This document shows positions 50,949 to 63,079 of a stretch of DNA of 64,000 bases, piece by piece. Below the pieces are notes generated by a model. It ran no database searches. It saw nothing but the letters and a program-made list of their open reading frames with translations, and was not told the origin of the DNA. Position numbers and translations under genes: made by a program. This stretch comes from Lama glama. Lineage: Eukaryota. The DNA is taken from contig CM052825.1 of NCBI GenBank assembly GCA_028534125.1, forward strand, positions 1,674,001 through 1,738,000, in the 5' to 3' direction. The number at the start of each line of letters is the position of its first letter. Position 1 is the first letter of the stretch.

Positions 50949-51077
50949 CTTGCCTGGAGCTTCCCAGCCACAGCTTCTGGGGGGTCAAGGACACTCTGCT
51001 GCCGAGGGGCATGCTCGCTGCTGTCCTCAGAGCTCTCCAGGAGGCCACTTTGCTCGGCTTAGCATGATAAGGTGATT
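50949..51077 (-). CDS. IQCE: IQCE exon 4
   Basis: (K)SPYHAKPSKVASWRALRTAASMPLGSRVSLTPQKLWLGSSRQ; donor G|GTATGT; 129 nt. Confidence 0.94.
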
Positions 51078-51338
51078 CTAAAAAGCCAACACATGGTTTT
51101 AGAGGCGCAAAGTATCGATCCCCCTTGACATACATGCTTTAGAAAGACAAAAATGGCAAAGCAAAACATTCGCAAGGACATAGTAACAAGCCCAGAAGAA
51201 CACGTTCTGACAAAAATAAAAAACATGTTATAACACGTTATAAAATGCAGCTCTGCTGCATATGTGTACTTACATCTGTTTTTAAAATCTTATTGTAAAG
51301 AAATAACATAGGGGAAATTTATTTTAAAATATGAATCC

Positions 51339-51483
51339 GGGGGAGGGGGAGGGTATAGGTCAGTGGTAGAGTGTGTGTTTAGCAGGCACCAGGTCCTGGG
51401 CTCCATCCCCAGCCCAAATAAATAACTAAACACATAAACCTAATTACCTCCCCCCAAAACAGAGACAAAAACAGAAAACAAAA
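51339..51483 (+). mobile_element. tRNA-derived SINE (camelid vic-1-like)
   Basis: ggggagggtataggtcagtggtagagtg...ggtcctgggctccatcccc, then taaacctaattacctcccc and an A-tail. TSD taaaa[t/c]atg[a/g]atcc at 51325-51338 and 51484-51497. Confidence 0.88.
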
Positions 51484-53691
51484 TAAAACATGGATCCAAA
51501 ATTCTACCAATATTACATTACTTAATTTCCCATTCAACTTTTTCAGATATGTATGTATTTTTACAGAGTCGCAGTCATAGCGAACACACAATTTTATATC
51601 CTTTATACTTAACACTGTAAATACTTCTTTCATGTTGCCACAGAATATGCAAGTAATATTATTTAGAACTTAATATGTAAAATAGAAGAAATGAGAAAAA
51701 AGTATACTTTTCCAAGGCATTTTTTATTTTGTCATCAAAATGAGGGAGAGATTTTAAAATTATATTTTAATCTGGGATTTTACTCTTTAATTATGTAAAG
51801 TAGGGAAATTACGCAAATTTATGCATAACCAAGTTGTTCATAAAATGTACTTGTATTTCTTAAATACCAAAGAAATCTGTATCTGTAGAAGGTCCTGAGA
51901 TTCTAAGTCTAATATATTTAATTTCTTGAAATTTCAAAGATTTTTCCACGGTTTCAGGATTTATGGAACGTTTTCCATTATTGTTCAGGACGAGGGAGTA
52001 AAGGCACATTGGACCCTGAGGCCCCTCCAGCCCCAGGACCACTGTGCTCCATTTCCAGGGTATGTGGAAGGCCTTCCAAACTTTAAACATGCATGTAAGT
52101 GCTCATTCATGAAAGCCAGTGATCAGAAAAAAGCCCACAAACGACATTTCCCTCCTAAATGGCTGGGATTCACCAATAAATAGTAAGAACCCTTCAGCGA
52201 AAGGTGGCCTATGGAGAAAGCCGGGAAGAGGGAAGAGGGGACGCAGCAGGAGGTGGACATCGGTGGTGGCTGACGCGCCTGAGCACCAGTGAACCCGGGA
52301 AGCCCGGAAACATGGCCGCCGGCCCGCCCTCCTCAGGGGGCTCTGCCCACTGAAAATCGCAGAACAGCGGGAGCTACAGACCCACAGGGACCGAGATTGG
52401 GAATTAAAGTAAAACACTAATTAAGTGAACAGGACAGACATGGCCCTGCTGCTCTGGCCCGGAAATCAGACAGGAGCACACCTACTGAGAGAGGATCGGG
52501 AAGGGGGCGGCGGGGGCCCGGGACAGGGCGGCCTGAGACCTGGGGAGCATGGCAGGGCCCTGAGAGAAGAGGCAGCTCAGCGGAGGGGACACAGTGCGTC
52601 ATGTCAGGTGAGCACTGTGCTGGGGGCCAGAATTTGTGCAGGGACGAGAGGTGCCCAGCGTGGCTGGGGTGAGCACGGCGAGGCCACTGAGTTACAGCAC
52701 ACTCCCTCCAGTTTTTAATGCTTTGGGGAGTCTGGCCACTCTAAATTACGTGAAAACACAATTCTGACATTCACAGAAATCAAGATAAAATTTGATTGTA
52801 GTATTTTCAACGCTTGAAATGTCTGACTTCCAGGAAGAATAATGAAAGATGGTCTAACCTTAGGTACTTTCTCGACAAAAAAGACTTAAACAAAATGGTC
52901 TGAAACGAGGAGGTCTAACACACAACACCCACACTGTCACTTCACATCTGCTCTCAGTTTTCTCCAGGGAAGGAGAGCAAGACACCCAAAGCCCAAACTG
53001 CTGGATGATTTCTTCCCAATGTTCATATTTACTTGTAATAATAAGACACGCTTGCTTTCCTTTGCAGGAATTTATCTTCCTAATTATGTTTTCTGGGGCT
53101 AATATGAAAGCTCATTTGTGTTCTCTGAGTGTCATGCTTAGGACAGTACGCTGGAAATACATGTGTACATAAGAGACATACAGACACACGCACACACGCA
53201 CTTAACAAGGTCGGGCCAGGCTGCAGGACTGTGGGCAGCAAGGGGAAGCCAACCCAGGGCCTGGTCTGTCCCAAAGACAGCGGGAAGCAGAGAACTCAGC
53301 CCAGCACCCGATGAGCTGCTCTGGGTCTCAGGGAACAAGTCCTGCCTTTCCTTCACTTTGGTGGCCTTGGGAAGAGCGAGGCGACTCCAAAAAGAGCACA
53401 CAAAAGGCTGGAAGCACTGTGTCTTGTGGAGGGGCTCCCTGGGACAGTGACAACTCTGGACCTCAGCCCCTGCTGGGCCTCCTCCCACTGGGACACCTGG
53501 GGAAGGCGCTGACCCAGGAGCGTGCCCCCAAGGTCCCAACACAAAACGGAGCAAACCGGCAGGAAGGTCCTAAGTATTCAGAGAAGAAAACATTCCTGAC
53601 CCTTCTCGCAGGACACCAGGAAGGACAGCTCCCGAGAACCAGCCTCTGAGTTAAACTGGGAATTCGAAAGGTGGGCCCTGGTCATACTCAC

Positions 53692-53737
53692 TCAGGGATG
53701 TGGGCGGAGGCTTGTGGAAACTTCTCCTCCTTGCTTT
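53692..53737 (-). CDS. IQCE: IQCE exon 3
   Basis: ttctttcag acceptor; KARRRSFHKPPPTSL; donor A|GTGAGT; 46 nt. Confidence 0.92.
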
Positions 53738-54882
53738 CTGAAAGAAAGCAGAGACCGCGTAAAGCAGGCGGAGGCTTCCCCAGCAGCCAGCATGTCCCCG
53801 CCAGGGAGCACCAGCGTCCCCGGTGTGCTCAGAAGCGCCGGGCTGGTAGGCTAACCCGCCCAGACTAGGCAGAGCCCGAGCAAAGGGAGACAGAGTGCAG
53901 GGAGGCCCCGACACGGGCAGCGCAGCCCCAGCACAGACAGGTGTCCCGACTGAGACCCGCACCGAGGGCGCCCACCGGCCGTCCCCACGCCGGGGCGGGA
54001 CTTGGGGGTGAGGCAGAGGGCAGGGGCGGCAGGACTGGCCTGTCTGGGAGAGCGCTCCCCCGACAGCCGGGGTGCCCCTTCCATGCCTCCTTCCCCCATC
54101 CGTGTCGCACTGGACAGAGAGCCCTCTCACCCCCTGCCAGTGGGCGCACTGGACTGCTGCATGCAGGCCGAGCTTCCCCTGGGAGACTGGTTCGCATCCC
54201 TGCTCCTCCCGGGAGCATCGCGGGCCCCCGTCCTCAGTGGCGTGGAGGGAGGACTGAGCTCTGCAGAGCCCCTCATCTCAGCCAGCAGGCCCAGGAAGCC
54301 GCCCTGGAGTCCTGGGAGCAAGGGGAGGCGTGCTGGCGGATTTCCGCTGTGCTGCGCTGTGCGCTGGGGTGAGGCTAGAATTCCACCTGCTCCTGCTTCA
54401 CTGCCCAGCACAGCTTTCCAAACAAACCCCAGGAGGCCGGGTTGGGGCACCAGTGTGCCTGTGACCCGGGCCCTGCCCACGCCCGCTGCCCAATCTCCGT
54501 CAGGCTGGCTCCCAGCCCCGGGGCCGTCGGCCAGGACTGGGCACAGTTCTGAGCCGCAGCTGCAAGGTCTCCTTTCTCACACCTCGGTCACTTCCACCTA
54601 CGACACTGCCTACGTCACCGAGCTCTGCTCCGACCCCTGGCATGTCAGGGTTTGGGGGCTGGGGGTTGCAGGCCAAAGCCAAATGCAGGACAGGAACTTT
54701 CATTAGCTTCAGATGTACTCTGCTCATAACATTTTAAATTATAATCCCAGTTATTCAGATCCAGCTGAGGCCTTGGGACTTTTCAAACGCCGAGCAGCAT
54801 TTGGAACTGGGGATCTGGCCCTCAGCGCAGCGTTTGTGGGGGAACCGTGTGTAAGGGGAAGTGGCCACCCCTGCGCACTCAC

Positions 54883-54939
54883 CGCACTCAGCTTCTCAGG
54901 GTCAGAGTCAAAGGTGATCGCAGACAGACTGTCATCTCC
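54883..54939 (-). CDS. IQCE: IQCE exon 2
   Basis: GDDSLSAITFDSDPEKLSA; donor GCG|GTGAGT; 57 nt, phase 0-0. Confidence 0.88.
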
Positions 54940-55194
54940 CTGGAGGAACAGATCAGACAGTGAAACCTTCAGGCACCAGTTGGCTCCACAGTCACGCTCA
55001 GAGCAGAATCAGCCCTGCCGTGCTGCTGACGCAGGACCCCAAAACTCAGCTCAAGGAGACAGCATATTCAGAGCAGGCAGTGGCCAGTGTGTTCCATCGC
55101 GCCTGAAGGAACGAGTGGGGACACAAAACCAGACTGTGGGCCGGGCTGCTCCAGGCCTGTCAATCTAGCAACATCATTCCACACATGACAAAAT

Positions 55195-55420
55195 ATCCTT
55201 TTTAAAAATTTTTTAAATTAAGGTATAGTTGGTTTACAATATTGTGTTAGTTTCAGGTGAACAGCAAAGTGATTCAGTTACATGTTCATCTTCAGGTTCT
55301 CTTCCACTATAGGTTCTTCCACTACACTGAATGCAGTTCCCTGTGTGCTACGGGAGGACCTTGCTGATTATCTGTTTGTGTATCTGCTAACTCTTAATTG
55401 ACCCCTCCCCCTCCATTTCA
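55195..55420 (-). mobile_element. L1 3' end fragment, antisense
   Basis: ttttaaattaaggtatagttggtttacaatattgtgttagtttcaggtgaacagcaaagtgattcagtta, typical laurasiatherian L1 tail. Confidence 0.8.
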
Positions 55421-56107
55421 TCTTTGCGTCAAAGCACAGGAATCTGCGACTGCACCCTGGTGAGGACAAATCGAAGTCCCACGCACACCCACCCACGCGG
55501 GCGCTGTCTGGGCATCCAGAGGGTCCTGCCTTCTGGCTCCAGGGAGCTGCCCTGGCCCGGTGAGCAAAATGGAATCTGCACTGTCTGACGTCAGTACTTG
55601 TGTGTCAGCGAGGGAAGGGAACCTTCCCAGGAGAGTCGTGTGTCTGTGTTAGGCCGCACTGTGACACGGACAGGGGCGGCCGTAATGTCGGACACCCTCC
55701 AGCATGCCTCCCAAACAAGGAGGGTCCAGATAAAGGTGCGGAGTGACTGCATTTGGGTTACGAGGGGACGGCAGTCCATTCCAAATAAACAAGACTCTAA
55801 AAAAACCAGCCACTGAGTTAGATTTTTGACATCATTAAACAGGTGGTATTTTAAGGTATAAATAGCCAATGACAATTACAGAGAGCAGTTTTCATTTAAC
55901 GAAGTACATGAGAACGGTGTGCAAAATCCAGGAAGCAAGGCAGGGAACTGCGAACAGATCACGTGGGAGACGAGGGAAGCAAGGTGGTAACTGAGCGCAG
56001 GCCCCTGGCCTCACAAAGGACGTGCCGGCCGGCCATGGAGGCCAACTGTTGAAACCACACAGAAAAGTAGCAAAACTTTCTTTTGTGAAGGCTTGTCACT
56101 ATTTCTT

Positions 56108-56233
56108 TTTTGGGAGGAGGGGGTGTTAATTAACTTTATTTATTTTCTTCGAGTGGCGGTACTGGGGATTGAACCCAGGACCTCGTGCCTGCTAAGCATG
56201 TGCTCTACTGCTGAGCTACAACCACCCCTCCCC
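56108..56233 (-). mobile_element. tRNA-derived SINE (camelid vic-1-like), antisense
   Basis: Reverse complement reads gtagctcagcagtagagcacatgcttagcaggcacgaggtcctgggttcaatccccagtacc. TSD actatttctt at 56098-56107 and 56236-56245. Confidence 0.88.
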
Positions 56234-59200
56234 ATACTATTTCTTGTTCTGAATAAAGTCCTGATAACTTCCAGAAGGAACCAAGGAAGTAAAATATAGT
56301 CACTATCTGAAATCACAGAACAACCCAAGACCTACCCCTTCAGTCAGCAGAGTGAAAGAGGCCATACACAGTATGAAAAAAGCAAAGAAACACATTAAGG
56401 GCCAATTCATTCTCCCTTCTCCAAGCACCATCCGGCACCACCCCCTCCACCGTGGGACCTGCGCAGGCGTGTCACTCCAGGGAAACGGTGCTGCCCCTGC
56501 TGTGCAGTGGCCCAGACATCCTCCCCAGGGGAAGAGGCGGGCGGACAGCTGTGCCTAGGGGACTGGCTATGTACCAGGGACTGGAGCGCTCCGCCCCTCC
56601 CTGATTCCACTGCCAGGTCGCAGACACGGTGAGCAGCCATCACGCGCCCCCGACCCCGCTCCATGACCACAGCAGCAGGAACGCCCACCGGCAGAGCTAC
56701 CAAGAGCTTAAGAGCCGAAAGAGCAGAGGTGCCTTCCCAAGGTCGCGGTGGGCCCTGCCTATCAGGAAGGTGCCTGCGGGCACTGGGGTGCCCCCACTTG
56801 GAACGGGCTTGGGCAGACTCAGAAACAGCCCCCACGCTGCACCCAGATCAACCGGAGGGCACGAGCCCTGTGGCGCTGGGGCTGCCCAGACCCTGGCTGA
56901 ATGACAAGCCACCCCGACCCAAGAGCAGGTCCCAGGAAGCCAGGCTTACAAGCACGGCGACACACATCCCAGGAGGTCCGGAGGACGCCGCTCAGGTCCA
57001 AGGCTGCGCTCTCGGGAGAGATGCGAGGGGGAAACCATGCACTAGTCCCTGGTTGCACGGGGCAAAAAGGTAACCCCTGAACCATGATAGTGTCCTCCAC
57101 AACACACACGCACACACATGCACACAGTGGTTCAGGGCAAAAGTCTGACTGGCCCAGGGGCCGAAACACCATCTCTGGCCAAAAAGTGGCTTCTGCTAAC
57201 CCAAGAGTAACCCCTAGGTAGTCGGGCTAAAAGATTTAAAGAAAAAATCTGAGTGGGGAATCAGAGGCCGCACCAACACACGATGCGGGGAAATCGACTT
57301 CACAGGGTTAGCTCAGCCATGTCACTCGCCAAATAACGAACCCCCCAGCAAACCACACCAACTCCCCAGGGAGGCGCTGCTGTAACGTACGACCTAAATG
57401 TCCAGTCAACAAACAGCCGAGACACACAGAGAAACGGGCAAGCGTGATGACTACGCGGGGGAAGGGCAGGCAACGGAAGCCACTTCTGAAGTCTCAGACG
57501 ATGGGCTTGGCGCACAAAGGCTTTAGAGCAGTGTCATTGTGAGGCTGGAGGAGGACTCAGGAGGCAGGAGGGCACGGTGGCTATAAGCAGGAGGTCCAGA
57601 GGGGGACCTGAGCAGCAGAGCAGGTGACACAGAACCCTAGAAGCTTTTATTATATTATATTATATTGCTCTAGAAACTGTGAGCCCTGTCGTAAGTGCTG
57701 GCTCACAAATACTGGTGACAGTGCCCAGGCTCCACGTAACGCCTGTGGGCCAGCAAGGCCAGCTTACAGCCATGGCATAGCGGGCTCCCCGGCACCACGG
57801 AAAGTGCTCCATGAAGTTCACGAGCAAGCCCAGAGGTGACTCTGTGCCAAGGGACTTGTGGGACTGGACAGACTGGACAGTGCCTGCCCTCAGGCGGTTC
57901 CTGCCTGCTTTAGAACAGCTCTGAACTTAGCAGAGAAACAACCAGTTAGCCTGGGCCAAGGGCTGCGAGTCTCCTAAATGCCCAGAGAGCCCTGCACCAG
58001 TCTCTTCCACAAGACTGAACTCGAGACCATGGCACGGGTGCTCAGCTTTTCCTTGCGTCCTCAGAGCCTAGCACATTTAACTAGAGCTTACATTGAATAT
58101 TGACAGCAGCATTACTTCCAGCACAACCTGGAAAACAAAAGAGTAAAAGCAGGGAAGTGGACAGAAAAAAGAGGAGTATCCAGAGCTTAGAGTTTTAAAA
58201 ATCATGTTTTTGAAAATACATGGGTATGGGAGGATGCCAACAATAAATTAAACGGCAAAGGTCACTAAACAATATAAATACGATCTCAGTTATTAAAAAG
58301 CACATGGGAAAAAGAAGGAGGTATTGAAAAAAGACTGGAAGGAAATGCACCAAACAGTAACTGTGGTTTTCTGTAGGGAGTTAGATGGTGGGTAACTGAT
58401 TTTCCAAATCTTCTCTAACGGGCATGAGTAACTTTCACAATCACTACGTGAGAGGTTACTTTTCAAAGATGAAGGAGCAGTAACTGAGGCCAGCGCAGAC
58501 AGGCGGGCCTTCTAGATGAGGCAGGACTTGGCGCCCTGAGGGACAAGTAGGCAGAGTCAGCAGCTCTGGGTGGCCAGCAGCACTGAGCCTCTACTAGGGG
58601 TAAGCTTTGCGCAGCCCTGCTGGGTACTGCCATCTCCCGGAGAAGGAAGCAAAGCGAGCCAGTTCCCTCTGTCTGGAGCCCTCCAAAAGCTTCCCACTGT
58701 GGCCAGAATAAATTCAAACTCCAAGCGTGGCCTGCAGCTCTCACAGTCAGGCCCATGCCTCCCTTCCACTCACGTACTGTCCCCACAACGAGATCTCAAC
58801 AAGCGTTCTTTCAGGCCTTGGAACCACTTCACTTTTCCACCTCAGGACCTTTGCACTTGCTGGTCCCGCTGCTCTGAGATCTTCTCAGATGGGAAGACTG
58901 CCTCCTTCTCATCAGTGACATTCAGGGTCAGAGTGGCTGTCCCAAGCACCCAATCTGGAGCAGCCTCCCCGACCCACCCCGGTTACATGCCTGCTTTATT
59001 TTCTGCAGGGCACTCTCCACTTTCCCACTTGATCTACATGATCTGCTTTTTGTCGTACTTTCCCCCTCACCCCCGCCCCCCGCCAGTGGAATGTAGTATA
59101 CTCATCCAGTGATAGCTCCAGCAGATGGTTTGCGCGCCAGAAACACTTGATAAAGGAAGAGCTGAGAGCCGGCTTGCCCTGACCCGGGGGATGTAAGCCT

Positions 59201-59647
59201 GGGGGACACCTCCTCCGGAAAGCCTTCTCTGATCAGTGCTGGTCAGGGCCCTGCTCCCGGAGCCTGGGGCTTCCTCCCTCACACCCGGCACGGCTCGGGC
59301 CGGTCGCCCCGTCCGACGTCCCCTGCCCTGGAGGCACGGGGGGTGGGGCGGGCACTTACACAGTGAGCTCCGTCACCCCGCGGGCCGCGATCGCAGGCTC
59401 GGCACAGGCCCGGCCTCGCAGGCGCCGAGCGGCGAGGGCGCAGCGTCCGGGAGGGCTTCCTGGAAGTGGCGGCCAGTGCCAGGGCGAGCGGGGACTAGAG
59501 GCGGCTGGAGGCTGGGCGAGGGGCGGCGGCGCCGGACCAGCCGCACGCGGGCGGGGGCCGGAGGTCCGCTCTTGTGCGGTAACAATAATGGCAGCTGTCA
59601 CCCGGCGAGGGGAGGCAGCGAGGGGCCCGCCCGCCCGCCGCGCTTAC

Positions 59648-59683
59648 CGTCTCCGAGGCCGGCTCCCCGGTGCCCAGCGACAT
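59648..59683 (-). CDS. IQCE: IQCE coding exon 1
   Basis: GCCGCCGCCATG Kozak context; MSLGTGEPASET; donor ACG|GTAAGC. Confidence 0.92.
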
Positions 59684-59801
59684 GGCGGCGGCGCTGCCCG
59701 ATCGCCCCCGGCCGCTGCGGCGCGGCCGTCCGTTTCCCGGGCTCCGCCGGCCGCCCGGGGGCCGCAGCCTCCGGGCCAGCCCGCGCGCCCGCCGCGCCCC
59801 C

Positions 59802-59815
59802 GCTGCCATGGCAAC
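59802..59815 (-). promoter_or_regulatory. RFX X-box motif
   Basis: GTTGCCATGGCAGC on the minus strand, a 13/14 match to palindromic GTTGCCATGGCAAC, ~120 nt upstream of the IQCE ATG. Confidence 0.75.
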
Positions 59816-61409
59816 CGCGCCGGCCGCCGAGTCCCGGATGTGGCCGCGTCGGGCCGACCGTGCGCGTGCGACGCGACGCCCGCGGGCCGACAGACCGCGC
59901 GCGCGGAGAGCGGGGCGGGGCTGGCGCGGCGCCGCCGGCTCCAACGCTGCCCTGCGAGGCCGTGTGTCACCGGAGTCGGACACTAAAAACAAGTATTTAT
60001 TAGGCTAAGATTGAAAGGGACAAGGGGCTTGTGCAGTGTGCACAGGCTACGAGCTCTGAATGCCTGGCGTTCAGAAAACCATCTTAGGCCCAAGGGTTCT
60101 GATATAGCCACAGGACAATAAAAAATAATTGTTTGCTTTCACTGCACTCAGTGTGCATCATGACCATCTTTAGGAACGTTAAGCTGCAAAGTTCACTTAA
60201 GTTATTAGCAAGCATAATCTGCCCTTTGTCTTCAGAATGGCCTCCAAGGGCATCGACTCTGTCCTCTTACCCTGCTTTATTTTTCCCGCCCCTGACCTTT
60301 ATTATCTACAAGAACATCCCACGACAAGAATGGAAGCTCTCTGGGTCAGGGTTTTGTTTCGTTCTCGGCTGTATCTCCGTCCCTTGGAACAAGGTCTGAC
60401 ACATAGCAAGTGCTCAGTCAATAGGTATTTGGCACCTGGCAAGTCATATAACTTCTCTGTGCCTGTGTCCTCAGATATAAAATGGAGAAAAGGGTTGTTG
60501 TGGGGTGCAAGCGAGTTGATATCTCTGAAGTGCTTAGTGCGGTTGCCCGGTCCAGAGTGAGCGCAGCGTGACAGTGTGCATACTGTTACTTGGTGAATGA
60601 GTCTGTACGTGGGGTAGCAAGGTGTAGAGGGAGGAACGCCTGGGAGGTTATTACTGTGCTACTTTTAGCACTACGATTACCTTCCATGTCCCTCTTTTCC
60701 TCAGTTTCCTCATCTGTACAACAAAGGGGGTGAACCAGATTGTAGCCCAAGGCTGTCTCCCTGCAAGCAGGGAAGACTGAGCTGGTGAGTGGTCAGCAGC
60801 CCAGGCTTAGCCTCACCGTTGTCACCTTGTCTGCAAAGTGGAGACAGTTTTCAGGGCTTTTGTTGGCACTGGAGGAGATAACAGAGATGAAATTCAGCAT
60901 GGTGCCTGGCACATGATAGCACCTCAGAAAACAGAAGCTGCCGGGTGACGCTTTGCCACCGGTCCAATTACCTGAATGGTATTTAAAACAGTAAAATTTT
61001 ATTTGTTCTGAAATTATCCACTTCGCTCACTGGCGCTCCTCTGCTCTGAGAAGCCGTGTCTCCTGAGCCGGGTCAGGTAGAGTCTGACCCCCAAGTTCTG
61101 GTTCCTCATTTTTCATCTTCTGTGATGCACCCTAAGAGAAAAGGACTCCCGTGCCCTCCTTTGAGCTCCCACCAGAATTGTTTCTAAGAGATGAGTGTTA
61201 TCCGCCTCTCACCTGCTTAACAAATCCCATTCACCTCCCCAGGTCTTGTCCACGTGGCACAGGAGTGCTTTCACCACCGGAACTGCCTGTTTAGAAGTAC
61301 CTCTTGCTCCTCTCCCACTCCCGGGGGCTCCTCAAAGTCCCTACCTCTCCTGCTTCTGTTGTTTCACTTACTTTCTCTTCTTTAATTACACATAGTTTCG
61401 GTTTCTGAA

Positions 61410-61825
61410 TGTCCATGGTCCACTTACAATTTTTGGACTTTACGATGGTGCAAGAGTAATACACATTCAGTAGAAAGTGTACTTGGAATTTTGAAGTTTG
61501 GTTTTTTTCCCAGGCTGGCAGTGCGTGGTAGGTTACTCCCTCGTGATGCTAGCAGCGGCGTGACGGTGGGCAGTGGCGGGGAGCCGTAGATCCCAGTCCG
61601 CCGTGCAGTCATGAGGGGAAACAACTGTACACTCACAGCCATTCCGCTTTTCCCGTTCAGTACAGTAGTCCATCAGTTACACGACATATTCAACATTTTA
61701 TTGTAAAGCAGGCTTTGAGTCAGATGATTTTGCCCAGCTGAGGGCTAATGTAATTGTTCTGAGCAAGTATAAGGTAGACTAAGCTAAGCTATGATGTTCA
61801 GTGGGTTAGGTGCATTAAATGGGAT
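61410..61825 (-). mobile_element. TcMar-Tigger fossil (MER47/Tigger5-like)
   Basis: gactttacgatggtgc...cattcagtagaaa...gatgattttgcccagctg...ctaagctaagctatgatgttcagtgggttaggtgcattaaatg resembles reverse-strand MER47. Confidence 0.75.
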
Positions 61826-61889
61826 GAGACCCCACGGTAAGCCGAGGAAGACCTGTTCAGACAGAACACGTGTTCCACCCCGCAGGAAC

Positions 61890-62750
61890 TTTCCTTCGCT
61901 GGCTCTAGTAGCCTTGGCGAGCTGGCTACGCCCCTTCGCGCACGGCCACGCCTTCCACCGGAAGCCCCGCCTTCGGCCGCAAAGCCTGCCGGACGCCCAA
62001 GCACGTACCATGAGCGTCCCGGTGGGGGTGATGGGTCCGGGCGACGGGCTTGGCGCTGGTCTGTCCCCCTCAGCCTGAGCTCGTTCCCCGCGCCTGGGCC
62101 CTCTGGGCTCCCAGACTGGCCTCTAGGGGCGCGTTCGCCGTTCCCCCGCCCGCCGTGTCCGTCCTCGCCCCGTCAGGCTCGGCAGGTGGCGCGGCCCGGG
62201 GCGGGGCGTGCGGCGGCTGACGAACGCGAGGCGGGTGAGGCGCGCGCGGGGGGAGGGGTTGTGGTCTCTGTGGCCAGGCCGGGGTCGGGGGTCGGGGTCA
62301 GGGCCGGGGAGCACGAGGACCCCGCGTGCGCGGCCTGGGCGCGACCTGGTGGGGGGCGGTCCGCAGGGAGGGCGCCCTCCTCCGCAAGGGCTCAGCCTGG
62401 CCGGAGATGGACAGACGGACGCCCCAGCCCGGGCAGGCCTGCTCCTGACTCCGGCACACAGACTCCCTGGCCAGCCCCACTCTCGCGAGAGCCCCTCTGA
62501 CCACAGGACAGACGGGCTCCCGGGTCCCCTCCCAGGCCGGACACAAGTGCACTTGCCGGCCGGGAGGTACCGGCAGTGAGTGGGCAGAGAGCCTTCTCCG
62601 CGCAGACTGCTGGCGGCAGGGTTTCACACCGACCCTTGCGTGGGGGAGGGGGCGGACGACAGACAGACACTTCCGGTCTGGACTGAGACGTCTGCCCCTC
62701 TACACGTGGCCGGCCCCAGAGCGTGCACGCACCGCTCCCTCTGGCCCACC
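61890..62750. promoter_or_regulatory. BRAT1: CpG island / BRAT1 promoter with non-coding exon 1
   Basis: Dense CpG, ETS motifs (CCGGAAG at ~61958, ACTTCCGG at 62669), GC boxes, and candidate donor CGG|GTGAGG at 62235. TSS cannot be determined from sequence. Confidence 0.8.
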
Positions 62751-63079
62751 TGCAGCCTACCCAGGCCAGCTTCATGCTGTCCTCCCTCCAGAGTCCAAGG
62801 CTGGCCGGCTTGGAGCTCCTGAGACCTCACGGTTTACTCCAGGCTCCCATCTCCGGCACCCTCACTGAGGGCTCTTGCTTGTTTTTGACAACCTCCAGTC
62901 CCACCTAAGCTGAGGCTTTACATCCATCCCAGCAGCTTGGAGTTTCTGTCTGAGAATCTCAGTCATCTGGCCTGAGGTGAAAGTTCTGGGGCCCGGGCAG
63001 GCATGGGGGCTGCCGCCGGTGACTAGGGCCTGTCAGTTCTGGCCCTGACATTTCCTTTGCAGAAACCCCCAGCCTCATC

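Larger units (their letters stand above)
21661..59683 (-). other. IQCE: IQCE gene span (start to stop), IQ domain-containing protein E, ciliary EvC-complex component
   Basis: 23 exons with canonical AG/GT boundaries and consistent phases. CDS is 2271 nt (756 aa) if the exon 21 donor at 24092 and exon 22 are used. Coiled-coil core with C-terminal IQ motifs. Confidence 0.95.
59280..59990. promoter_or_regulatory. IQCE: CpG island / IQCE promoter
   Basis: Dense CpG over exon 1 and upstream. Confidence 0.9.

Noticed and set aside
59236-60008. Several overlapping 100-255-aa ORFs
   Set aside because: Stop-poor CpG island. Only the 12-codon IQCE exon 1 is supported.
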